DNA of 64,000 nt from the human T2T-CHM13v2.0 reference genome, Homo sapiens. The DNA lies in the NCBI RefSeq assembly GCF_009914755.1, contig NC_060930.1; one strand, written 5' to 3'. The position numbers and the translations under genes are program-made. Shown in pieces: positions 53,103 through 64,000 of this stretch (position 1 is its first letter; the number at the start of each line of letters is the position of its first letter). The notes beneath the pieces are model-generated. The model searched no databases, was not told the DNA's origin, and saw nothing but the letters and a program-made list of their open reading frames with translations.

Positions 53103-53370
53103 GGCCGGGGCCAGGGGCAGTGGTGCACACCTGTAATCCCAGCACTTTTGGGAGGTCGAGGCAGGAAGATTACTTGAGCTTAGGGGTTCAAGACCAGCTT
53201 GGGCAACATAGTGAGACCCCATCTCTACAAAAAAAAAAAACAGCCAGGCATGGTGGTACATGCCTATGGTACCAGCTACTTAGGAGGCTGAGGCAGGAGG
53301 ATCACTCGAGCCCAGGTCAAGGTTGCAGTGAGCCATCATCACACCACTGCACTCCACTTTTAAAAAAAAA
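53103..53370 (+). mobile_element. AluJ with 3' deletion
   Basis: Dimer ending at cactgcactcca then A run; TSD aaagtctggg. Confidence 0.92.
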
Positions 53371-54194
53371 GTCTGGGAAGGCGGCTGCCTCTCTCTGCCT
53401 TTCTGCAACAGCAGATGTTAGATTTGGTCCCAGAGCCACTGTAGGAACTCTGTGGTGACTCTCAGATTTGGGGGTGACTTGGCTGGCCTCAGACCTGGAG
53501 TGGTGCCCAGGCCTCGCTTGTGCCCAGCAAGGGGTGTGTTCTGCAGGTGGAGCAGAGTAGTGGGCTTCCAGCCTGGCTTTGGGGCTCTCTTCACCTGGGC
53601 TCTCTGAAGCTTAAGTCTGGCAGTGTCCTCTGTGGGACAACGTTTATGTCACCATGCACAGGCTCTGGGGAGACTCCCGTGGCCAGCAGTCACCACACGG
53701 GGCGGGGGCCAAGCAAGTCATGGTCTGCATGAGCTGGCCCAAGTCACTTAGCTTTTCCAAGTGTAAAGTAATGCCCACCACAACAGAGTAAAAGTCCAGA
53801 AAGAGGCCCAGAAATACACAGGAATTTCAGACACCATAGAGGCCATTCCAGATTGGGGGGAAAAGATAGCTCATCAAGAAATGGACAGCTTGCTGCCAGG
53901 GCAAAAATAAGGTTGGATCTTGACTCTTACACCTTACAGCAAAATAATTTCCAGATGGATTAAAGATTTAGCTATAAAAAAGGAAACAAATTACAGGAAA
54001 AAATATAGAAGAATGTAAAACACAATCTTGGAAAGGCAAGATCTTTTTAAGCCTGACATAACTGAGAAGCTCTACAAGAAAAGTTGGGTACACTTAGCTA
54101 CAAAAAATAGATTTCTACATGAACAAAGCCAGCATAAAAGCCAAAAGATAAATAGCAAACTGGAAAACAAATATCTAACTCATTTCATAGATAA

Positions 54195-54857
<663 letters not shown>

Positions 54858-54934
54858 AATTTTCTTATTATGTAAAGAACTCCTACATAGCTACGCAGAA
54901 AAGACCGACAACTTCATAGAAAAACTCTGAGGCT

Positions 54935-55225
<291 letters not shown>

Positions 55226-55411
55226 CTATAAGCCAGTTAACTCAAGGAGCTCTGGGTGTCCCCAAGTGTGCGGCACCAGGGCCATGTGGACAGCAGCATT
55301 GGGGCTGAATCTGGCTCCAAATGCACTTACCATGTGACCTTGGCAAGTCACCAGGGCTTTATGGGCCTCAGCTTCCTCAGTTGTAGGGTGGGAATAACAA
55401 CAGTCCCAATT

Positions 55412-55797
<386 letters not shown>

Positions 55798-56479
55798 TAG
55801 ATAAAACGTGGAAAGATGCTCATCCTCACCTCTGGATGAGATGATCCTACTCCGATAAGAAATGTGCAAATTGAAACTGCAGGGAGACTCTTTCCCTGCT
55901 GTGTTGCTGATGGTGTGGGGGATCTAGCACTGGCGTCACTAAGAAGAGCAGAAAGAGCTGTCAGTGTTAAGGCACGCACCCTTGATTCAAGTAAGCAGAA
56001 ACCCTTCCTCATAACAGGCCTAGACACGACACTCACGGGGAGGGTGTTCATGCAGCACTGTGTGCAGTAGCTGAAGTTGGAGCAAATGTCCTTCAACAGG
56101 GAACTGGCTGAATAAATTATAGCATATTCCTAACCTAGATGATGCTGCAGCTTGTCCAAAGGAGGTGGGCCCACATGCACTGCTGCGGAACAATCTCCTG
56201 TGTATATTCCGTGATAAGAACAAGGCACCGAGCGTGTGCGAGAATGGCATTTGTGTGAAAATGCAGTGTGCAGGCACAGGCCTGTCTGTGCCCAGCGGGG
56301 CTCTGGGGACGTCCAGGAAGTGGCAGCAGCTGCAACTGCGAGGGCCTCCATGGCTGAGGGATGGGCAGGACCTGTGAATTTTGCATCATAGGCCACACTG
56401 TGTATTTTAAAATTAAATCTGCTCACACTATCTTGTGACTTCTGTAATTAGAGACGTCCTCGCAGGGGCCAGGAGCGTG

Positions 56480-56680
56480 AAGGAGAGAGTCAGGCTGCCC
56501 AGGGTCCCCTCTTAGCTCCACCACTAGATGTGTGATGTCAAGAAATTTCTGACCTCTGTGTGCCTCAGTTTCCTCATCTGTTAGATTAACGGGATTAACA
56601 GAGACCCTAACATGCAGGTTGTGAGCATGAAGTGGGATGCGCCAGGTGAAAGCTCTCGGCCCTGTCATATAGTAAGAAAG
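56480..56680 (+). mobile_element. MIR SINE
   Basis: ctccaccactagatgtgtga...ctctgtgtgcctcagtttcctcatctgt core. Confidence 0.75.
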
Positions 56681-57350
56681 GAGCAGGAGCACCAGCCTCC
56701 GCCCCCACATCCTTGCATCGTGCTTAGCGCTGCAGGTGGGCGCTCCGTGTGCCTCTCCACCCTCAGCTGCTCCGTTGAGGCCAGTGGAGGTCTCAGAAAA
56801 CAGCACGGACTGGGCTCAGCTCTGACCCACCCTTCTCCCTGGGACAAGGATGCCCTTTTCTGACAGTCTCCCCCTTGGAGGCTTCTCTCCTTGGGGTGAG
56901 GCTGGGTCCTCGGGTACCCAAGTCTGTCACCAGCCACCCGCCTGAGGTGGTTGTTACAACCTTAGAATTATAAAATCCTGTCTAAGAGGAACCTTAGGAT
57001 GAGTCCACTAGTTCTTTATCTTGGATGCATGGAACCTGCTCCCCAGAAAAATGCACACACACTCAGGGGGCCGGGACTTGTGGCTGGGCCTGGGCAGGCG
57101 GCACCCCCACCCTTGTGTGCCCTGGCCGGCCTCAGCACCCTGTGCATATTCTGGAGCCCCAGCTCTGCCCAGCTCCCCTGGGAGCCGCCCGGATGGACGT
57201 GGGCAGTCTGGGCAGACTTGTCCCCATGCCCTCTTGGTGCCTGCAGTGAAGGAGAATTTGGTGCAGGGCCCTGAAAGGCCCACCTGACCCCCTCAGGGCC
57301 ACCAGCCATCCATCCAGGAGGGGCCCTGACATCCACCTTTCTGCTCTCAG

Positions 57351-57449
57351 GGGTCTAATGTGATGGAAGAGCAGGACCTGCGGGACATCGGCATCAGCGA
57401 CCCACAGCACCGGCGGAAGCTGCTCCAGGCGGCACGCTCCCTACCCAAG
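57351..57449 (+). CDS. ANKS1A: ANKS1A coding exon (probably 14), C-half of SAM1: [33 protein letters not shown]
   Basis: ctctcag|GGG acceptor, AAG|gtgacc donor; 99 nt, phase 0/0. Confidence 0.97.
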
Positions 57450-58308
57450 GTGACCATCGCCGGCCCTGTAGCCTCAGCCCGTGCGGAGCCAGGGCCACCT
57501 CCCTAGCACCACCTGCACCAAGAACAGGGGAGGAGCAGGGCTCCAGCACACGCACATCATAGCGGGACCTCTACCCCTCACCCTAGGAGCTCCGGAAGGG
57601 CCGCACACAACCCTGTTTGCTTCCTCACTATGCCCTAAGGCCCTTGGAGAGTCAGCAGAGCCCTAGGGCAGGGAGCAGGCTCCTCTGGGGTCATGAGGAG
57701 GTTCTGGGGGTCTGCCTGGCCCAGGAGCCTGGTACCCGCTGGCTTGGCCTTTCACCCAGAGCCCCCTTCATGGTCTCTCTGGCTCACTGGAGCCCTGGCC
57801 AGCCTGCACTGAGCCCTGGCACCGGGCCCCTCCCCGAGTGGGCTTGAGGGAAGTACCGTCTTCCCTGGGGAGCCAGGAGCTGGTGGGCCTGAGCCTCTCC
57901 CCTGCACTTGTGCTGAATGCAGTGGCCCCGTCCCTTCTACCTGTCCAGAGCTTGGGAAGCGCCCGCTCTGAGGGCACACACTATTCTCTTGTCCCTCCAG
58001 GCCCGTGACCTCAGCGGAGCTCAGGGCGGAGGCGTTCTGCAGACCCCCCCTCCCTACCTAGGCTTGTCTGCTAGGGCCATCTTCCAGCCCTGTCGGTGCT
58101 CCAGCGGCTCCTGCCTTCCCCATGGGGAAGCCGAGACCAGCAAGTGATAGGAAAGGCTGTGCGAAGTGGGGGGCTGGAAGGTGCTGAGGACCCCAAACAC
58201 AGAGGGCCCCCTGGCCACAGTCTGTGTGAGCTGGCTGGGTCCATGGTCCTCGGGTCCCTCTCCTGTGAGTGCTGAGATGTCAGTTTCACCTCCCTCCTTG
58301 CCCTGTAG

Positions 58309-58461
58309 GTGAAGGCTCTGGGTTATGACGGGAACAGCCCCCCTAGCGTGCCCTCCTGGCTGGACTCCCTGGGGCTGCAGGACTACGTCCATTCCTTCTT
58401 GTCAAGTGGTTACAGCTCCATTGACACCGTGAAGAACCTCTGGGAGCTAGAGCTCGTCAAT
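58309..58461 (+). CDS. ANKS1A: ANKS1A coding exon (probably 15), SAM2: [51 protein letters not shown]
   Basis: cctgtag|GTG acceptor, AAT|gtgagt donor; 153 nt, phase 0/0. Confidence 0.97.
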
Positions 58462-58613
58462 GTGAGTAGTCCCTGCGTGGCCCGGCCTGGACTCTCCAGA
58501 AGTCTGAGCTTCCCTTAGGGGCAGCCTGGCCCAGCGGAAGATGCTGGGGGCTGGAGCGGACTGTGAGTGAGTTGGCCACCTGACCTGTCACCTCGCTGCT
58601 CCTCATCACCCAG

Positions 58614-58721
58614 GTCCTGAAGGTCCAGCTGCTCGGCCATCGCAAGCGCATCATCGCCTCCCTCGCAGACAGACCGTACGAGGAGCCGCCCCAGAAGCCC
58701 CCCAGATTCTCCCAGCTGAGG
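58614..58721 (+). CDS. ANKS1A: ANKS1A coding exon (probably 16), end of SAM2: [36 protein letters not shown]
   Basis: cacccag|GTC acceptor, AGG|gtgagt donor; 108 nt; SAM helix-5 motif GHRKRI. Confidence 0.97.
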
Positions 58722-59786
58722 GTGAGTCGGGGAGGGACAGAAAGGAATGTATGTTTGTTCCCTGTATTTGCAGGAATTACATAGAATTCTTTAGGATTCT
58801 TCAGAGACCACTGTAGTGTAGGAGAAAGCAGCTCCAACAAGAAGAGAGGAGTACAGGAGAGGAGGTTTAGAGAAGTTCCCCGCCACCTGTTTCTACTTGG
58901 GGATGGCCGATCAAACACATAAAACTTGGGGGATAGTAGGAAAACACCAGGCCATGGCTGGGTATTGAACTCAGCTCTGTGCCTGGGGACAGGGAGGGGC
59001 CGAGTCAGGTAACACCTGAGACAAATCCAAAAGGCCAGGACTCACAGCCACCTGGGCACCCCCCAAATCTGAGTTCGAATTCCCAGGCTGGGGTGGCTAA
59101 GACAGCTTGCATTTTAAAAACCTCACCCATGATCTGTTGCTCCTGCCGGTAATTCCTGACAACAGAAACGGGTTAGACTCAGAGCCTGCAGCTGAGGAAG
59201 AGCTCTCCCCCAGCCCCAGGCCAGAACATGCAGGAATGGCGGTAACTAGAGCAGCCGCTCCCCGAGCCCTCGGGTGCACTGGGCCTGCCCCGCAGGTCTC
59301 ACCCCATTGAACCCTCAGGGGCTTCGTGAAGTGGGTCCTGTTCATCCTCCTTTTACAGATGAGAAAGTGGAGGCCCAGCCTTGCTCTGGGAACCAAACAC
59401 ACAACTGACATTCAGATATAGACACTGAGAAGCCAGGATTGTATTCTGTCGGGGACGGTGGCTTTAGGGCCCTGACTGACAGGGCTCCATTTTTTCTCAA
59501 GGGGGTGCTTTGTTTGGTCATGTGCAGAGGCCTGCAATGGATCAGGACAGAAGATTTAATCTTTTATAAATGCAAAAGTGGCTTCCCCGCCCTCTCGGGG
59601 GACACTAGTGGACGGTGGCTGCGTGGTGCCACCTGTCTGACACCCCTGTGGTGTTGGCCCCTTCGCTCCCTGCTGCTTCTCCCGGTGCCGCTGCCTGTGC
59701 CGTCCTAACCAGTGGGGCTGGCTGATACCTGTAGTCGGGCACTGGGCCGAGGGTTGCAAGTTCCACCTGGATTTTTCCCTCCACAG

Positions 59787-59951
59787 TGCCAAGATTTGCT
59801 CTCCCAGACGTCATCCCCACTGAGTCAGAATGATTCCTGCACTGGGCGGTCGGCAGATCTGCTGCTGCCTCCAGGGGACACAGGCAGGAGGCGCCATGAC
59901 AGTCTCCATGACCCTGCGGCACCCTCCCGAGCGGAGCGCTTCAGGATCCAG
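59787..59951 (+). CDS. ANKS1A: ANKS1A coding exon (probably 17), SAM-PTB linker: CQDLLSQTSS...RAERFRIQ
   Basis: tccacag|TGC acceptor, CAG|gtgggg donor; 165 nt, phase 0/0. Confidence 0.94.
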
Positions 59952-61483
59952 GTGGGGCAGGGGGAGTGGAGGTGCAGCCAGGCTCTACCTCATTCCTCTG
60001 GGTGGGACAGGGCCTCCCAGAACCACCTGCTGCCCCATACTTGAGCACAGTTGGGCTGGCACCAGAGTCAGGAGGCACTAGCCTGCTCTGCTCGCCCACA
60101 CCCAGCCGCCTTGCGTAAGGCCCACCCAGCACCCATGGTGCCGAGCTCGGGCCGCACAACTCACTTTAGCTGTCAGCTGCTGGGGCCACTCCTGTGTCCT
60201 GTACTTCCCTCCCTCAGGGGTTCAGATCCCCTGTCCGCTCTTTCTCTGTGGCCTCTTGCGTCCTGCACTGCCTCCCCTGCTGGCCCCAGAGCCCTCTGTG
60301 CTCTCCTGGCCTCTGAGCTCCTTCTTGGCCCCTTCCTTCTCTGCTTACCCACGTTGTTCCCCAGAACTGCTTTCCCTGCAGCTTCACCTCGGCAGCATTC
60401 TCTTCCTCCTGCTCAGCAAAACCACAGCCAGACCAGATTCTGTTCTTCCTGTTCTCTGCCTGCAGCCCCGTGGGGGGCACCGCTGGAGACGCCTCCTCCG
60501 CTCCCGGTGCCTGCTCCAGCCCTGGCGGAGGTGGGCCCGTCTCACACTCCTGGCTCACCTTCTCAGGGCATCATTTCCAGGGGTCCTGGATTTACTCAGG
60601 ACCTGCCTGTCCTGCCTCCCTCCTTGTACGGACCTTGGCTTTGTCCTTTGTCCTCTTCTTGGCCTGTCAGACACAGGATTAGCAGGTGTCCCTCAGGCCC
60701 CTCCGGGTGAACTTCAGCTTCACCCCTGCTTGTTTCTCTGACTCTCACTTCTCACTTCTGGCTCTGGGGACTTCCTTTCCCTTTCTACAAGCACAGCCAT
60801 GAGTTTTAAAGGATTTTTAAACACATTGTCCAGCAATTCCGGTTGCTGTTGAGAGGCTCTGCGCACTGCTGGGAAGGGAGGGCCTCCGTGTTTCCTGAAT
60901 CTTTTCCTTCCTCTCCATTCCTTCCACCAGTGCCCTGGACAGGGACCCATGATCTCTCACCTGGACCGCAGTGGCCTCCCCCACCCCCTAGCTGCTGCCA
61001 GAAGGATCCATTTGGAATGCATTCCTAGGCACGGGCGGGTGCTTCACTGGCTTCCCCGCTGTGAAGATCCCTCCCAGGCCCTGGGCTGGGACCCAAGGCG
61101 TCCCAGGGTCTCGTGGGCGCTGTTCTCTCCTTTGGTCTTTGTGCAGAACAGCCTGGCAGCCTGTGCCCCCCACACAGACTCTGCCATCTCCTCTCTGGTC
61201 ATTTCCCATCTCCTTTGAGACTCATCTCGGACACCACAGAGACTGTCCTTCCCAAGCCCTGCTCTCAGGCGGTTTGGGTCCCTGCTGTGCCTCTGCTGTG
61301 GCTAGCACCTCCCCTCTCCCGCAGTGTGTTTGAATTGCTGGTCTGCCCCCTGCCATCTCCACTCGACCCTTGAACTTGCTAAGGTCACTGGCATCTTCAC
61401 CCTTGAGTGTGCTGGAGCCAGGCAGCAAGCCCATGTGCTCCTCTGGAGCAAGGAGCAGGTGTCCAATTGCGTGTGTTTCGCAG

Positions 61484-61609
61484 GAGGAGCACCGTGAGGC
61501 CAAGCTGACCCTGCGGCCCCCAAGCCTGGCAGCCCCCTACGCCCCAGTGCAGAGTTGGCAACACCAGCCAGAGAAACTCATCTTCGAGTCCTGTGGTTAT
61601 GAAGCCAAT
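61484..61609 (+). CDS. ANKS1A: ANKS1A coding exon (probably 18): [42 protein letters not shown]
   Basis: ttcgcag|GAG acceptor, AAT|gtgagt donor; 126 nt; WQHxPEKL motif at PTB start. Confidence 0.96.
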
Positions 61610-61947
61610 GTGAGTTGCTCCCACCCTCCCAGCAGGGCCGGCCTCCCTGCTCCTTCTCGGCCAGGCACCTGCGGCCAAGTCCCAGCAGGGACTCCACAAA
61701 GCCAGGCCCAGGGCTTTTGAGCTGTTCTCCACTCTCAGCCACTCTTGACAGCTAAGGCGAAGGGGTGGAGGCCTCTGGATCCTTTAGCTAGGGAGTTGAA
61801 TGGAGGGTCTCTCCAGCTGGGGCAGGAGAGGGGGTGTTGTTATTGAGAGGGGTAACTACTTGATTGTGGGACAGTCCCAAATTGGTTGGGTCACCCCTGC
61901 ATGGAAACGCAGGATTTCCTAAGCCTGGCCACTGCTCGCCCCCACAG

Positions 61948-62019
61948 TATCTGGGCTCCATGCTGATCAAAGATCTGCGAGGGACAGAATCCACGCAAGA
62001 CGCCTGTGCCAAGATGCGG
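61948..62019 (+). CDS. ANKS1A: ANKS1A coding exon (probably 19), PTB: [24 protein letters not shown]
   Basis: cccacag|TAT acceptor, CGG|gtaggg donor; 72 nt; PTB YLGS motif. Confidence 0.97.
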
Positions 62020-62209
62020 GTAGGGTGCCTGTGTGGGCTGGAGGGCGCTGTGGGACTGGCCAGCAGAAGGCAGCAATGGGGGCAGTAGCTGCAGTTGCCT
62101 GGGCCCTGCTGCACTATGTAAGGATGGGAAGGAAGCTGGGACCTGTGGAAGCCCAGGAGGCTTAGCCCTGAGAAGGGGCACTGACAGGGCCACCCCTTGT
62201 TTCCTGTAG

Positions 62210-62296
62210 AAATCTACGGAGCACATGAAGAAGATCCCCACCATCATCCTGTCCATCACATACAAAGGTGTCAAGTTCATCGATGCCTCCAACAAG
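62210..62296 (+). CDS. ANKS1A: ANKS1A coding exon (probably 20), PTB: [29 protein letters not shown]
   Basis: cctgtag|AAA acceptor, AAG|gtgtgc donor; 87 nt. Confidence 0.97.
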
Positions 62297-62913
62297 GTGT
62301 GCTGCTTACAGGGACTCTTGGTGGGAGTGGGACCCACATCCCCGTCAGACCCACAGGGCTCCAGGGCAAGCAACCCGGCTGCCCTGTCTCATCTCTTATC
62401 TCCCTAGAGGGTCCCCAGTCCTCTTATTACTTCCCACTTTGCTAAGAGGCGTGTCTCTCATCTGCTGGCCTGGGTGCCTGCTGTCAGCCCCGTCCCCGCC
62501 CTAGTGATCACTGCTGTTAGCCTCGCCACCTGGGCTCCACTGGCCGCACACCTGCTCACAGGTGTGATTCCCTCCGTGAGCAAAGGACTTTCTCTGTGTG
62601 CCACCGTGTGGGATCCCACCTTCCTGACACCCTTCCCACTTTGCCCCCACCCTGGAAGGTGGGAGGGGCTGGGGAGAGCTTGTGGTTGGGTGTGAACATT
62701 TTACTGCCTTAGTTGTTGTGGTAAGGGGTGGAGACCCCAAACCAAAATCGGGGACCCCCACCCCCACCAATAAACAAAATGAGAAGATGAAGGGGGGTTT
62801 GCTTGATGCTCTAGGCTGGGACAGAGAACAGTGACAATGGTAACAGGCTGGGGCAGGGGGTGCCAGAGGCATGCCTGAGCCTGAGAATTCCAGAACACGG
62901 CTTTCCCCAGCAG

Positions 62914-63051
62914 AACGTCATTGCAGAGCACGAGATCCGGAACATTTCCTGTGCGGCCCAGGACCCGGAGGACCTCTGTACCTTTGCCTACATCACCAAG
63001 GACCTGCAGACCAGCCACCACTATTGCCATGTGTTCAGCACCGTGGATGTG
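62914..63051 (+). CDS. ANKS1A: ANKS1A coding exon (probably 21), PTB: [46 protein letters not shown]
   Basis: cagcag|AAC tandem acceptor (alternative start 62911), GTG|gtgggt donor; 138 nt; PTB FAYI...CHVF motifs. Confidence 0.96.
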
Positions 63052-63290
63052 GTGGGTGGGGTCCTGGGGCCGGGTGGGGCAGGCTTGGGTTGCAGCCCTG
63101 AGGCGTCCAGCCCCATTGCAGGGCACAGATGCGGCGCTGTCCTGGCCCCTGGCCAGTGCCTGGCAAATGTTTGGTTCATGAATGGAGCCCAGCAGCACTC
63201 AGGCCGGTCCCCTTTCACAGTGATGAGACTGACGCGCAGAGGGAACAGGGACTGGCCCAGGGCACTAGGGACAGGAGGTTCCAGCTTTTT

Positions 63291-63420
63291 TTTTTTTTTT
63301 TTTAAGAGATGGAGTCTCACTATGTTGCCCAGGCTTGCCTTGCACTCCTGGGTTCAGGCAAGTTACCCACCTCAGCCTCCCACGTAACTGGATAATAGGC
63401 GTGAGCCACCGCCCCTGACT
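63291..63420 (-). mobile_element. Free left Alu monomer (FLAM-like)
   Basis: Single ~130-bp arm; 12-bp TSD ttccagcttttt at 63279-63290 and 63421-63432. Confidence 0.88.
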
Positions 63421-64000
63421 TTCCAGCTTTTTGGCGAGTGTTTTCTTAGGTCAGGCAAGGCCTTTGTTTCCCCCGGCTCCCTGCCCTAGGTCTCCAACCT
63501 CTGGCTGGGCCGCCTCCCAGAAATGCCCTCTACTTCCCTCTTAGGGGCAGTGGTGCCCTCTTTGGCAGATTTTCTTCCCTCAAATTCCTGCTGAGGCTCG
63601 GCTCTGGATGCCACTGGGCCGAGGAGAGTTCATTCTCACACAGCTGCCCACAGGGAGCAGACCAGAACTGACAGCCCACAGGCGGGGGTTCCCTCTAACC
63701 TGCAACAAAGCATGAGAGTGGCCCCAGGCTGCTTCCTCACCCCGGGAGGAAGTCAGAGGGGTCCAGGTCTCTGCCGCCCTCAGGGATAGCAGCTGCTTCC
63801 AGAATCTCTGTGGCTCCTGGAATACAGGCAGCTCTGGGCATCCCCACACTCCTGGGACCTCATCCACCCCAGTCCTCTGTTTGCTCTGGGCCAGTGAAGG
63901 TTAGGAGGAACCAGGCTTTGCTGCTTGCTGGCTGTGTGAGCTTGGAAACATCGCATCTGCCTGCTTCCTCATCTGTCTGGAGGGGATATAATGTGGCCCA

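Noticed and set aside
60051-60710. 219-aa ORF
   Set aside because: Pro/Leu/Ser-rich translation of a C/T-rich intron; non-ATG start, no domain, no clear splice signals

Overview
Primate (very likely human) genomic DNA lying entirely within the 3' half of ANKS1A (Odin; ankyrin repeat, tandem SAM and PTB adaptor), transcribed on the + strand. The first ~33 kb is one long intron. Ten coding exons follow (32899-63051; exons 12-21 by my recollection of the 24-exon model), all with canonical AG/GT ends. They splice into one uninterrupted 374-codon frame covering SAM1, SAM2, the linker and most of the PTB domain. The introns hold two processed pseudogenes (a full-length HSPE1 copy and a 5'-truncated RPS12 copy missed by the ORF track), about 20 Alus, LTRs (LTR33-, LTR16-, MLT1A- and MER4-like), MER5A, and L1/L2/L3/MIR relics. 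The most interesting signal is the ~1.2 kb just upstream of the SAM1 exon (37.8-39.0 kb). The 'intron' end there reads in frame as [32 protein letters not shown], which closely matches, as I recall it, the N-terminus of the short ankyrin-less AIDA-1 isoforms of the paralogue ANKS1B. Next to it are a frame-preserving 39-nt candidate cassette exon, a phase-compatible candidate first exon in a CpG-richer patch, and four TGCATG (RBFOX) motifs. Together these suggest a hidden internal-start, short-isoform module in ANKS1A. Repeat subfamily calls and protein comparisons are from memory, with no database searches; boundaries of old repeats are approximate.
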